A DNA stretch of 64,000 nucleotides from Octopus vulgaris (taxonomy: Eukaryota): contig OX597825.1 of the NCBI GenBank assembly GCA_951406725.2, positions 41,912,001 to 41,976,000 on the forward strand. Direction: 5' to 3'. The notes under the pieces are model-generated. The model saw nothing but the letters and a program-made list of their open reading frames with translations. It did not search any database and was not told where the DNA came from. The translations under genes and the position numbers were made by a program. Below are positions 40,998-54,577 of this stretch, in pieces; positions within the stretch are counted from its first letter, which is position 1, and each line of letters begins with the position of its first letter.

Positions 40998-43900
40998 GTG
41001 TTGCTGTTGTTATTATTTTTTTGTTGTTGTGATTCAATAATACCATTCACATTTAGAATATATTAGAAGAATATACTAAATGTGCTTCAGTACTTGACCA
41101 ATTCTTCATTTTTATTGACCACTAGTAGAATAAAAGGTAAAGTTTACATTTGCAGGATTTAAACTCAGAATGAAAAAGCCATAACTAAATCTTCCAAGCA
41201 TTCTGTCTGATGTTGTAACAGTTCTGCCAATCTTAAAAATAGCTTGTGAATTCAATTTATCAGAAGTGTTTGGACTCAGTTTACTATAATAAAATGGCCA
41301 TCAATAAGAGAAATACATGTTTTTCATTTGCTCAAGTATGAAACCTTTTTGTTTTGTAATAAATTCTGATCAGTCTGATTGTTCATGTTTATATGGCTTT
41401 CTTTTGCAATATTTCTGACAATAGCTGATTAGAAAACTAGACAAATGTTTTGTTGAAGATTTATATATTCATGTCATGTTATGCATGCAGGGCTGTGCCC
41501 AAAGTAAGTCCTAAATCATCTTTGTGTCAGCAAATAAGAACAAAGACAAAATGAGTGCAAGACAGCACACTAATCTAACTGCACATTGATGATTGATGAG
41601 AAGTTTTATAGTCTACAATATTTGGTAGCCTACAATATTAATAGGAAAATTTAGAAAATTAGAAAATTTTCCCAGCCTGAACAATTTATTCACTTCATAA
41701 TGTAATGTTGGATATTAAGACATCAGTGGTAAGCAATAGCACATTCAGTAATTCAAATCAACAAAGGAGCCTGTGTCTGGTCATTTGGCTTGTTAGTAAG
41801 AACAGCCAAACGTCCATCATCACACTATACCATCTTAGAAAACAACAAATATTTTGGGACTACTTTCCTAAGGCAGGAATTAGTTTTATAGCATTCCATA
41901 ATAGTTTTTATCCATTTTTACTCACTACATCTCCCCTCAACAATCCTTGCCCATAACTTTGCCCATGTATTCCTCTACTTCTTTTCATATTCATTTCCAC
42001 ATTCCTCAACTTCCTTCCATACCAATTTCCATCATTCCTCTCACTCAGACACTTTCAGCTTTCCTCAGCTTCCGACCCAGTCATTTCTTTCTTGCTCACA
42101 CACCAAACCATTTACATTTGTATTTTCTTTAACTTTCTCTCCTACTCTACATGCATCACCTCTTTACTCTTATAAATCATGAAATTCTCACATATTAAAC
42201 ATAAATTATTCCTTTTAGCTTCAGCAACACTACCTTCCTCATTAACACATTACTTGGCACCTTGAAATTTTTACATGTATGTTCCACCTTCTCTATTTAA
42301 CACGTCTCCCAAATAATAAAATTCCATCATCACACTCTCAACATTTCAGTTTAACATTCCCTCCATCTGCAGCTTTCTTCATATACAGTTTAAATTTAAC
42401 TGACACATGTGAAAATAACCCACCTACATCTCAACATTTTCAATTGAACCTGCCTAGTGCATATTGTACATTTAATGAAATAAATGCCATACCTTCCCTG
42501 GGCATTGCACATGGCCAAATCCCTGTTCTTTCAACCTCACCACATACTTCATACAATTTAGTACATTTTGTCACCATACATTCCTTCCATTTGTCTCTTT
42601 AAACCCATCCATATGCTTTGTTAACACAAGGCCATCTGAATATAGTAATCCCTGGGGCAAACCCTCTTTTACATAACAATACACTCTAGAAACTGTAAAT
42701 ATTGTATACAGTAAAACTCAGTGTATATCCCAATTTCAAACAAGTACCATAGCTGGCAATATACTTGACTATCTATAAGCAATACAATTGGTGAATTATA
42801 TCAAAATTTCAGTTTCAATTCAGACCTGCGTAATACATCAAGTAAGCATGTATAGAGTGGTAATATCTATCAGTCTTTTGGCTGAAAGTTTGCAGTGCCA
42901 TTCCATAAAAGATTTAAGAATAGTGACTTTGAATATTTTAGCTAAGGTAAATTCTTTGAGATGAGGTGCTCAGCTGACTTGTACAACAAATGCAAGCCTA
43001 CAGCTAGACTATGTGTCAACTATTTTGAGGTTGCCATATACACCAGGTTTACATATTGCACATTTTGTAATACTGAGTTAAAAGTTTTATAATCTTCAGT
43101 TTCTCATACCTTTATGATAGAGAAGTGAGTAAACAAGATAATTTCAATTGAGATTCTTGAAATAACAGCACTTCAGCTGGACTACATTTGTAATAACTTT
43201 ATGATTAATTATAGTAATGGAGAATAAAGAATGTTATCCACTTTCAAATATCAGGCATTTCCAGTAGAAATTCTTACATTTATAGCAAGGAGCCTGATTT
43301 CATATTCCAGGAGAAAAGTTTTTAAATTAGTTATAATTAACTAAAATATTAATGATAATGCATAGGGAAATGGACATAAAATATGAAGAATACAAATATC
43401 TGTTAAGTCAGAAGGTGTTTACAATGATTTTATAGCTTTAAGTGAATGAGACATAATTTCCCACTGGTACTGAATTGGCAGTGTTGTAGGAAAAAATGTT
43501 TTGCTAAATTTGCATTCTGAAATCAAATCCTATGGAGGTCACCTTTGCCTATTATCCTTTCCAGGTTGATGAAATAATGTATCAGTCTAGGGCAGCAGGC
43601 TAGTAAGATTGTTAGAGTATCAAATGAGAATATCATGCAATAGTTATTATGGCACTTTGCATTCTGAGTTTTTGGGTGGTAGACTTAATCTGTTGCTTAG
43701 TTTAACAACACCACTAGGTCATTGATTGCCTTCAGTGAAGTTCAGTCTTTGGAAAGCTTCCAGGTTTATGCCTTCAGTTTTAGGATAATGACCATGTTTA
43801 TTCCCATCCATCTCAGAAACTTTGACAAAATAAAGGACCAATGATGCTGCCACTTGCTCCCTGGATAAATAGTAAAAGAAAATGGATAATCTGGTACTTA

Positions 43901-44449
43901 AATTTCAGGTTACCTGACATTTAATTTCAACTGCTTCTGAACTCAATCCATAGAATTAAGTTTAGTGCACAAATATTCAATAATTAGTGATTTAGTTTCT
44001 CTTAGTTATGAGTTCAAACCATATCAGGCCACCTTTATATTTCATCTGTTTAGGGTCTTACACAGTAAATATCAATTTACAGTGGATCTCATTCAGTCAT
44101 CTTCTGTGCAGGAATAGAAACTGCACACGGATGCAGCCTAATGGTAAAACTAAAAAATAGAATAGAAGAACAACAGTATGTGTAAAAAATCCAAGACCAA
44201 CTGTTTTTATTTAGACAAGTTTTTGAAATAAGGGGGATTAAATAAAACTGAAAGTATTTCACTGTCCCTTGATAAACAACTTGGGAAGATGGAAATTAAA
44301 TCTGCTAAGGCAAATACCAGGAAATTATTCAGTTCATTGACTGATTGATTCTATATCAATTTTAGTATGCCAGAATCTACCAAAACTAGATAACTATCAA
44401 AACTTTGTTACTAAGAAAAATAAAGAATTACTTTTGATTTATATATATA

Positions 44450-44610
44450 GATGCAGGAGTGGGTGTGTGGTAAGTAGCTTTCTTATCAACCATATGGTTC
44501 TGGGTTCAGTCCCACTGTATGACACCTTGGGCAAATGTCTTCTACTATAGCCTCAGGCCAACCAAAGTCTTTTGAGTGGATTTGGCAGACAGAAAATGAA
44601 AGAAGTCTGT

Positions 44611-44651
<41 letters not shown>

Positions 44652-45292
44652 GAACGTGGGGTGTAACTGGCCCACTTATGAGTACCTCTCATTCATCAGA
44701 CAATGAACTTTGCTTGCGAATACCTATTGAGGCAAGTGTAAACAAATCAAAATCGCTGACGTGGCCAATGATAGTACCACCTGATTGGCACATCCGAGTG
44801 TGATCATTGCCAGCGTTGCCTTACTGGCTCCCATACAAGTAGCACATAAAAACACCTTTTGAGGTGGTTGTTGCCAGAACCACTTGACTGCCCCTCATAC
44901 CAGTGGCACTCACTACAGTCTTAGAGTGGTTGGCGTTAGGAAGGGCATCCAGCTGTAGAAACTTTGCCAGGTCAGATTGAACCTGGTGACCAGTCCTCAG
45001 TCAAACCATCCAACCCATGTCAGCATGGAAAGTGGACGTTAAACAATGATGATGATAATGATAATGATATATGTATGCATATGTTTGTGTGTCTGTATTT
45101 GTCACCCCCACATCACTTGATAACCAATGCTGGTGTTTTTACATTCCTGTAACTTAGCAGTTTGGCAAAAGAGACTAATAGAATAAGTACTAGGCTTACA
45201 AAGAATAAATTCTGGGGTTGAATAGCTCGACTAAAGGTGGTGCTCCAGCATGGCCACAGTCAAATGACTAAAACATATAAAAGAATAAAAGA
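44450..45292 (+). mobile_element. SINE family B interrupted by an RTE-tail module
   Basis: SINE head at 44450-44615, then (TA)n, the RTE-tail module at 44650-45068, and the SINE 3' half at 45070-45292. Confidence 0.75.
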
Positions 45293-45429
45293 AAATATTC
45301 TTTCTGGAAAATTTATATTTTATCAAGTTATTAAGTGCATGGCCTTGCTCTAATTAATGTTATATTAATATGTCAATTTTCAATAAAGAAAACAAGTGAT
45401 CAAATGTTATATTTAATTGAAATTTAATA

Positions 45430-46460
45430 ATCAGTGTACTTTCCCTGATTATCTATGAATTCCTTCCATCTATTTACAAGCTTTTTAATCCCATCAGTGT
45501 AAAACTCTTTTGGTTTCAAAGTGAAGAACTCTCAAATGTCAATTTTGACCTCCTCCTTGCTTGCAAAAGTTATGTCCCCCAAATGATTCTGTAAACTATG
45601 AAACAAATGATAGTCTGAAGGAGCAAGGTCGGGAGAATAAGGTGGGTGGTGAGGAATTTTTTCCCAACCAAGCTCTTCGATCTTCTGTGATGTGATCCTG
45701 CTAAGTTACAGTAATGTAAAAACACCAGCATCAGTTGTCTAGTGATGTTGGGGGGACAAACACAGACACACTCCTTTTCAATTCACTAAACCCGATCTTT
45801 TTTTCTTCAAAGCTTGGTTCAAACGCTCTAATTGCTGACAGTAGACTTGAGCATTGATTGCTGCATTAGGTGGTAACAATTCAAAGTGAATTACTACTTT
45901 GCAATCCCACCAGATAGAGAGAAGAACCTTTTTTCCATGAAGTTCCCTTCTTGGTTGTGGTTGAGCTTTTTCCCTTTTACCAAGTCACTGTTTACGATGT
46001 TTAACATTTCGATAGAAGATCCATTTTTCATCACCAGTCACAAGTCTATCCAAAAAGGGTGAAATGAGCTTGTGAGAATGGAGAGAAGAGCAGATGTCAA
46101 CTCGGGATTTGTGGTTGCTTTCAGACAATTCATGAGGCACACATTTTCCAAGTTTAGGAACCTTTCCAAATTGTTGAAGATAATGATGAACAGTTGTATG
46201 GTTTGAACTAAGCTTTATTGCCAATTCTTCAACTGATAATGCAGGATTTTCTTCAAGTAATGCCTCAAGGAGCTTATCATCAAACTCAACTGGACGTCCT
46301 GTTAAATCTTCACCTTCACTTCTGAATTTTGCAAACCATCTTCTGCATGTTCTTTCATTCAAACATTCTTTCCCATAAACTGAGTGTATGTTCCGAGTCA
46401 CTTTGGCTGCAGAGTTTCCTTTTTTGTACTCATAAAGCATTATGTGCCTCAAATACTCTT
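45430..46460 (-). mobile_element. mariner (DD34D-type) transposase pseudogene with SINE fragment insertion
   Basis: HIMLYEYKKG...RWFAKF, VPHEL, LVTGDEKWIFY, LLSIWWD and PPYSPDLAPSDYHLF. A SINE B piece sits at about 45699-45772. Confidence 0.9.
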
Positions 46461-46519
46461 TGCATACTTGATATATGTATAAATATATAAACACTGCAGA
46501 TATGCAGAAAACTAATTCC

Positions 46520-47670
46520 ATCACATGCCAGTGGGGAGAAACTAGAAGAATTTGATAGCTTCCTCTACCTAGGTGACCAAGTCTGCAGTGGGGGTGGGGG
46601 GTGCTCAGAAAGCGTTGCCACTAGAATAAGAATAGCCTGGGCAAAGTTCAGAAAGCTCCTGCCTCTACAGGTGACAAGGGGTCTCTCACTCAGAGTGAAA
46701 GGTAGATTGTATGATACATGTGCGCAAACTGCCATGCTACACAGCGGTGAATCATGGGCCATGACTGCTGAAGACATGCGTAAGCTTGAAAGAAATGAAG
46801 CTAGTATGATCCACTGGATGTTTAAAGTCAGTGTGCACACATGACAGTGTGTAAGCACCCTGAGAGAAATTTTGGACATAAGAGGCATCAGATGTGGTGT
46901 GCAAGGGAGACAACTGTGTTGGTATGGTTATGTGCTGCATATGGAAGAGGAGAGCTGTGTGAAGAAGTGTCACTCTCTAACGGTGGAAGGAACACGTGGA
47001 AGAGAGAGACCCAGGTGGTGAAGCATGACCTTCAAAGGTTGGGCCAATGACAAAAGACTGAGACCTCTGGAGATACGCTGTGACTGAGAAAACCTGGCAA
47101 GTAAAGTGAGATCACAGCCATAGCCTACACCAGTGTCATGCTTGAGGAAGCCTATTGAGTCAAAATCAAAATCAAAATCAAATCAAATCAAATCAAGTCA
47201 AATCAAATCACAATCAAATGGAAATTGTAGTTGTGGCCGATGCCAGTGCTGCCTGACTGGCACCCATGCTGGTGGAACACAATAAGTGCCATTCATGCGT
47301 GGGTCATTGCCAGTGCTGCTCGACTGGTGCCTCGTGCCAGTGGCATGTAAAAAGCACCATCAGAACATGGTCGATGCCAGTTCCCTCGCCCCAACTTGCT
47401 CCTGTGCTGGTGGCATGTAAAAGGCACGATCCAAACGTGGCTGATGCCAGTACCGCCTGACTGGCTCCCATGCCAGTGGCACATAAAAAGCACCCACTAC
47501 ACTATCGAAGTAGTTGGCGTTGGGAAGAGCATCCAGCTGTAGAAACATTGCCAGATCAGATTAGAGCCTGGTGCAGCCTCCTGGTTTGCCAGTCCCTAGT
47601 CAAACCCTCCAACCCATGCCAGTCTGGAAAATGGAAGTTAAACGATGATGATGATGATGATGATGATGAA
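46520..47670 (+). mobile_element. RTE LINE 3' fragment with 3' UTR and (GAT)n tail
   Basis: EKLEEFDSFLYLGD...RIRIAWAKFRKLLPL...VKGRLY...ESWAM and LCWYGYVLHM. The UTR has (CAAAT)n and repeated motifs and ends gttaaacgatgatg. Confidence 0.85.
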
Positions 47671-48056
47671 ATGTGTGTGTGTGTGTGCATGTGTGTGTTT
47701 GTAATAAATAAAGTAAAATAAAAATCAATGAAACAACTATATGAGGTGTAGGAGCATGCAAGCAATCACTGTAAATTTTTGTTCAAAACAACATGAATCA
47801 TGCAAGGCTATAATAATTACAGAAGTAACCTCAGACAGTAACTGCAAAGACTCACATGGTTGTAAAGATCCACTCTTAATCAACAGAACCATAATGGAAG
47901 GCTGCAGAAGGTAAAAGAAAGGGATGTGTAAAGCATGGATTGACAAACAGAACGTGTTTTAATAATATAAAAGGCAATCTTTTGAGGTGGGGGTAAATTT
48001 GCAAGAAATATATTTCCAAATGAAAAGAAAAAAAAAGAACTCTAAACAAAATATGT

Positions 48057-48140
48057 TAAATGGTGGTGTCAGTTCAGACACACATAGCTGGTTGTTTTAA
48101 AACAACCAGCTATGTGTGTCTGAACTGACACCACCATTTA
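48057..48140. repeat. Perfect 84-bp palindrome with no spacer
   Basis: taaatggtggtgtcagttcagacacacatagctggttgtttt|aaaacaaccagctatgtgtgtctgaactgacaccaccattta. Confidence 0.95.
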
Positions 48141-49482
48141 TATATATATATATATATTGAGAGGATAATTGTGATTCTGGATATTGCCTCATTAGTACAT
48201 CATACAGGATCCTGGTGAGCATAGTATTCCAAATTAATAGAAGATTCATAAGACTTCAATGGATATTACAGGGAGCAATACATAACTATAAGGTGAGATC
48301 CAGAAGGCTTAATATATGATAGATATGTTTATAAATACTTTGCTATTAGCAATGGAAATAGCATCAGCTCAAAATAGCAATCTGCATAGAATACTTAAAG
48401 CAGACATTCATAGAAAGCTTGCTAAACTGTGGTATTGATATTGAGAAAACATCTCTTATAAAAGAATAGAGTTAAAATCAAAGAAATATATCAGCAGCGG
48501 ATGAAATTCATCCTGTAGCATTAGTGGCATTGCTAAATACATGTTTCTGCATTTTTGAGTTTTGTCAGTACCAGGTATTCTCTGGCAGCACATGATAAAA
48601 GACAACCAGTTGCTACTGATACAGTGAAACAGTGACTGGAAATACAAAGACAATACTGTTTTCAATAGAGTTGTTATCATTGTATCTGATTGTTCACACA
48701 CTTCAAAAGTGTATGTGTGTATATGCACGTATGTGTGTGTGTATGTGTGTGTGTATGTATATTAACTCTATTGTTATGAAACAATTAGCATTTTTGATGA
48801 CTCAGGTATACTGGTAAGTATATATCACAATGTATAAGATAAAAAAGATAAATAATTATAAAGGCAAATATAAAGAGAGGCTATAATTATAATAATTACC
48901 ATACAAAATAAAAGTTATAATTAGAACTTAAATTTAAATCCAAAAACTATTTGTGAAAAACAAAAATCAATAAATAAAAATTAAAATATGTAATGAGAGC
49001 AATAGACAATGAAGGTGAAAAATTTAACGGTAACATGAACAAAATGGTAAAATAAAATAAGTAAATATGAAGAAAAAATGTAAATATGATATTACTTCAG
49101 AAATCATAGTTAACAGGCATAATTCAAATACTACATATTGTGTGAGTAGATGGAGTGGAATAATCAGGGAATAAATTAAATAATAGATTCCATCTATATA
49201 TGTGTGTGTGCAAGTGCATATGTGTGTATGCACACATGTGCATGCATGTGTGCATTTGTGTGCGGTGTCTGTACATCTGCATGCTTGCGTGCGTGTTACT
49301 TTTACTTTTGCAGCAGTAGATGGTCAAGTAAATGCTTTTTTTTATTTCCTTGATAGTTTCCTTGATAATTTCACAACATGAGGTATAAAATAAAAAGGAC
49401 AACTTGCTTCCAATGCAAGTTCATATCAATGATCAGATAACCTATTTTTGCAACAGTTGATCTTGTTCATTTTCACTCAGAG

Positions 49483-49519
<37 letters not shown>

Positions 49520-50179
49520 TATGTTGTATTTTTGTAACTTTTTTTCTCATAATTTTCTTTCCTAAATTTCATGTTTGCCTGACTTAACAAACTTTTCTTC
49601 TCCATTTAGCATTCAAATTTTTTATGACACCTTAAATAATCTTTATCTGGAAAAATATCTACCTCTTAATGTACTGCCTTCATTGAATTAAATTGTTGCA
49701 AGCAACCAAGTCAAACATGCACTTATGGAATCTTCATTGTAGGAATGGCCTTATGAAGCTATGTATAGGTTATTACAGCCTTATGCATGTGTATAGATGT
49801 GTTTGAGAATGCATTTGTATGTATGAGTATGTCTATATATAAACCGGAAACAGTTTGATGCCCTTTTATTAAGGATTTTCCATATTTCCTAATTAGTTCT
49901 TTATATTTACTTTGGAACATTAGGCTTTCTATGCCCATTAGCATTTTGAGACCATCACAATTATATCATAAGAATAAAATGATGATAATAATGGTACGTT
50001 GCTTCTGTGTTTTGCATTAGGTCACAAAGTAGCATAGAAGTTCCACTGTAACAGATCAAATCCCCAATATTGTATTTAAAAATTATATTATGATAAGTTG
50101 TAGATTTTGTGATTTATCTTTCTGTATGTTTTGCCTTTGTGCTGATGAAGGGGTTTTATTTTTGTGCAGATGAAGGGGT

Positions 50180-50595
50180 GAGAAAGGATCTTCAGATACT
50201 AGGCCAAACTGAAGAGATAACAAGAGACTGGGAGATGTGTCTATATTTTAGAAGATATGTCAACTTAAGTAAAATTTGCTGCCATCCATACATTCAGGCA
50301 TATCCTTTATGGCCATGCCCCAACTCCCTCTCCCAGATTAGAGGTCTTTGTCTTGCATGTGCTGGTGCCTTGTAAAATGCACTCATGCCAGTGCATGTAG
50401 ATGCAACCATGTCAATGGCATGTAAATATAACCCAGCACACTCTGTAAAGTGGTTGGTGTTAGGAAGGGCATCAAGCTGCAGAAACTATGCCTAAGCAGA
50501 CAGTGAAAGCCTAGACTGCTCCCTGGCTGATCCGTCCCTGTCAAGCTGTCCAACTCATGCTAGCATGAAAAACAGACAGTAAATGATGATGATGA
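50180..50595 (+). mobile_element. Degenerate RTE 3' end
   Basis: gtggttggtgttaggaagggcatc...ccaactcatgctagcatgaaaa...gatgatgatg. Confidence 0.65.
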
Positions 50596-50629
50596 CATAT
50601 ACATACATACATACATATATATTTCAAAT

Positions 50630-53600
50630 GCTTGTGCTTCTTTCTCCCCCACACCCTTTGTATGTCTCATTTCCACGTTTAATTTCCTCCCCGCAAGAAT
50701 TTTTTGCTTTCTCCTTGTTATTCCACCATGCTGGACTACAAATCCTACCTCCTCACCCTTCACCATCGCCTAAAACATTACCTCTGCTTACTTCCTTCCC
50801 CCTGCTTTCAGACATCCATTAACCTCTCTTTACTCATTTAAAAAAAAACGCTTCTCCAGCCACATTTCATTTCTCAGTCACTACTTACATCACCACCTCA
50901 TCCCTAAAGGTTTCTGCCTCCATGTCCACCCCACTCTCCACTCTGCTTCATACATCCTACCCATACTCCGTACCACATCTTACCGCCTTATGTGTGCCAC
51001 CATTCGCTCCAATCTCTCTAAAATACATACCATCGACTGCTTTTTCCATCTTTTTCCCCTCTCTGCCACCCTTCCATGCTCACAACACATTGCGTTATAT
51101 AATTCATTTAAATCATCTCTTTCATCAATTTCTTGCCAACACCAAACTTCGTAAACTCCACTCACTCCTCCATTCCATCACATCCGATGCCACTACCCCA
51201 ACTCCTCCACTACACTTCTCCCACCCTGATATGCTCAACCCACCCACACCGAACACCCCTGTCCCTGCAAACCCCCTCACACATCCTCACCCCTCCCCAG
51301 CCTTCCACCAGCCCTACCACCCCTCCTACTTCCACCCTATCCACCCTTTCTACTTCTATTCAATCCACCCCTTCTCCACTTCGGTCTGTTGTTACCATTC
51401 CCCCAGATCTTTCCCTCTTTGTGGCGGAGTGCTCCATCGTCAGTAGGGGTCTGCGTTTCATCCCCCTCACTCCATCCTGTAAGGAATTTCAGACTCGTGC
51501 TGATATCCACAGCTTTGTGCGCCACATTAGATTGTGTGTGCTTTTCCGCGACACTCCACCCACATCAAACGAGGAGGACTGCTTCACTGACCTAGGCCGC
51601 CGACCATCCCAGTGGACGCCTGCTCCTGGCCAGTTCCAAGCAGTGGATCTTTTTGCGGGCGCCTGTCAGCGTGCTTTGGAGCAGTTCAACTTCTTCAGGC
51701 GCCCCCGTCGTCTCAACATCTCCCCAGCCGACGGCGCACTGACATCGTTATTAAACTGGCTGACAAGGGTGGAGCTGTGGTGGTATGGCACGCGGACCAT
51801 TACAGGGCGGAAGCTCTCCACCAGCTCCATGACACCTCCTTCTACTGCCTTCTGTCCTCTGACCACACGCCCAACAGACGGTCTTCTCTACCATCCATGA
51901 CCTCATCTCGACCGTGTCCTTGCCCACCTAGTGGCTCCTCTTCCTTCTTACATCCATGACACCAGTCATGCTCTTCGTCTATTCAACTCTTTCTCCTTCC
52001 CTCCTGGTTCCTCCAAACTTCTCTTTACACTGGATATCCAGAGCCTCTACACTGTGATCCCTCACCACGAGGTGCTGCATGCACTGAAATGCTTCCTGGA
52101 CCTCCGACCCAATCCCTAACCCGACACTTCCACACTTATTCGTCTGGCCGAACTTGTCCTCTCACTCAACTACTTCTCGTTCGCAGCCAAGTTCTACCAG
52201 CAGATCTATGGAGGTAGCCATGGGAACGAGAATGGGCCCCGAACTATATGACCGTTATATTGAAGACGTGTATCGGTGCCACCTCACTCTCCCGCGAACA
52301 TCTAGACTCCTTCCTCTCTTTCGTCAAATCTTTCCATCCTGCCCTCCACTTCTCCTGCACTATCTCTGACACCTCTGTCTCCTTTTTTCACATTTCGGAC
52401 AGTATTCATCACTCCACTCTTACCACCTCCATCCACTACAAACACACAGACTCACACTCATACCTAAACTTCTCCTCCTCCCACCCTAAACACACCAAGC
52501 TTTCTATTCCCTATTCCCAATTCCTCCGTCTACGCAGGCTCTGTAGTGACGACCGTGACTTTGAGACTCAGTCTCAACTCATGGCTCGCCACTTCATCCT
52601 ACGTGGATATCCCTTCACCACTATCCACACCGCCCTTGCCAGAGCACGTTCCGTGGACCGTGCATCTCCAACTCACTATTCTCCGAGCTTTCCGGCATCT
52701 CCAGTCCGACCCGTCCACTTCACACATCTTCCCTAACTGACCCCTCCCCTCCTTCAAACGAGCCCACAATCTATGAGATCTCTTGGTCCACAGCTTCTTC
52801 CCCAACCCTACCTCCCAGCTTGGCTCATTCCCCTGCTCCTGCCTATGCTGCCGCACTTGCCCTTACCTCTCCAACACCACCCTCCTCACCGGCACCCATC
52901 ATCGATCTTATTGCATCATCGACTCCTTCACCTGCTCTTCCAGCAATATCATCTATTGCATCTCCTGCTCTCTCTCTGCCATTCCCTGTACATCGGACAA
53001 AGGGGACGCCACTTGGCTGACCGGTTCGCGGAACATCTCCGAGACATCCGCTTTGGCAATGACACCCCGGTCTCACGCCATTTCCGCTCCACCAGTCTCT
53101 CCTTGCAACACCTGTCTGTGTTCAGATTGTCCTTGCACAGAGGCCATCCGGACTCCCGTTTGCGCCATGAACAGGGATTAATCTTCTCTCTTCGCTCTTT
53201 TACGCCATTTGGGCTCAACTCTTCTCCCCTCTTCATCTAACCTCCCCCCCGACTCCTACTTCTCTTCACTCCTACATCTTTTCACCCCTATTCTCTTTCC
53301 CTCTTCTCTCTTACTCTCTTTCTCTCTGCTCCCTCACTCTCCTTCTCTCCTCTCTCCCCCTTCCCCCCTCCTTCTTCCCACCCAACTCTCCTCTCTTGCC
53401 CTGACTCCTACTTCTCTTCAACCCCTACTCTCTTTCCCGCTTTCTCTCTTACTCTCTTTCTCTCTTCTCTCCTCCTCTCTCTCCTCACATACCCACCTTC
53501 CCATCACCCATAAACCCATCCACCCCTACACATTCCTACTTCACCTTCCCTATCCTTCCCAACCCATCCCATCCCCCCCCCATCCTATCCCACACACCCT

Positions 53601-54130
53601 CCTCACATACCCCACCCTCTGCCTACCCACAAACCCCAACCCTCAGCCGAACCCACACTCCACCTGTGCTTTCCCCACTCTTGCCTCCCCCACCTCCCAA
53701 CAACATCACACCACACCACACTACACCATGCAACATTACACATTACATCACAACACACCACCCACACACCATCCTCACATTTTCACACCTACACAAACAT
53801 ACACACATACGCCCAGACCACCAGCCCTCTTTCACACGCACATACATACTCTCTTATACACACACGCACCTTCGTGTTGGGGGTCGTCTTTACTTTGTTA
53901 TCTCCCCTACTTCCTTCTCGTGTGAGACCCTTCTGTCCGAGTCAGATGCCATGATAGATCATTAGCCACTACACACATTTTTTTCTCTCCTTGTTTTTTC
54001 TATGTCGCTTTCTGTAGAAGAGTGTAGGCTCAAAACGTAAAAGACTTTTTCTATTCCTGAGCGTTATACTAATACATCTGTTTGTTTTCTACACCACCTG
54101 TCTTTGTCTTTTGTTTTTTTCATAAACTCT
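50630..54130 (+). mobile_element. Penelope-like element (RT plus GIY-YIG endonuclease), pseudogenised
   Basis: IVIKLADKGGAVVVW, LPSYIHDT, LFTLDIQSLYTVIPH, VAMGTRMGP, SIHYKHTDSHSYL, SIPYSQFLRLRRLCS, FTCSSSNIIYCISC, LYIGQ...LADRFAEH and PFGLN, followed by a C-rich tail and a terminal repeat region. Confidence 0.9.
54008..54043 (+). ncRNA. Degenerate hammerhead-like motif at the Penelope 3' end
   Basis: cttt-CTGTAGA-a-gagt(gtag)gctc-AAAA-cg-TA-aaag. The core deviates at A6 and G12. Confidence 0.4.
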
Positions 54131-54398
54131 CCCTATCTATCTATCTATCTATCTATATATATATATCTTGTTCGAAGGTTATAATGGACACAGTTTGTGT
54201 GTCGTATAGCTTGCTTAAGGCGATGGCCTCATGGAGCTAATCAGCGACAGCTTTAGCCTTATATCTATAAGACTGCCATATTAATATGGCGATAACAATT
54301 AATTTCCAGTAACACTGCCGTAATCTCTTTTAGAGAGACTTAGTAATTTTAATATTTCTATTATTGAAAACAAGTGGATGTATTCCACCAAAACTAGG

Positions 54399-54577
54399 TA
54401 AATAAAACCTTCGAACAGAGACGATCAGTGATGACACCTGTTGGGTCTGACTACGTTACATTGACAAAGGGCAAATACCCTGAAACGCGTCTGTAACTGT
54501 CTGACTGGCAGTGTCAATGTAACGTAGTCAGACCCAGCAGGTGTCGCCACTGATCGTCTCTGTTCGAAGGTTTTATT

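Noticed and set aside
44660-44705. Minus-strand CTGATGA followed by a hairpin
   Set aside because: There is no GAAA box or stem I partner, and it is part of the RTE tail module.
47225-47500. Repeated tggca..taaaaagcac motifs with variable spacers, superficially CRISPR-like
   Set aside because: They are degenerate internal repeats of the RTE 3' UTR module in eukaryotic DNA, with no cas genes and no constant repeat.
53209-53925. 238-aa Pro/Leu/Ser/His-rich ORF
   Set aside because: It is a stop-poor C/T-rich tract downstream of the Penelope ORF with no domain signal.
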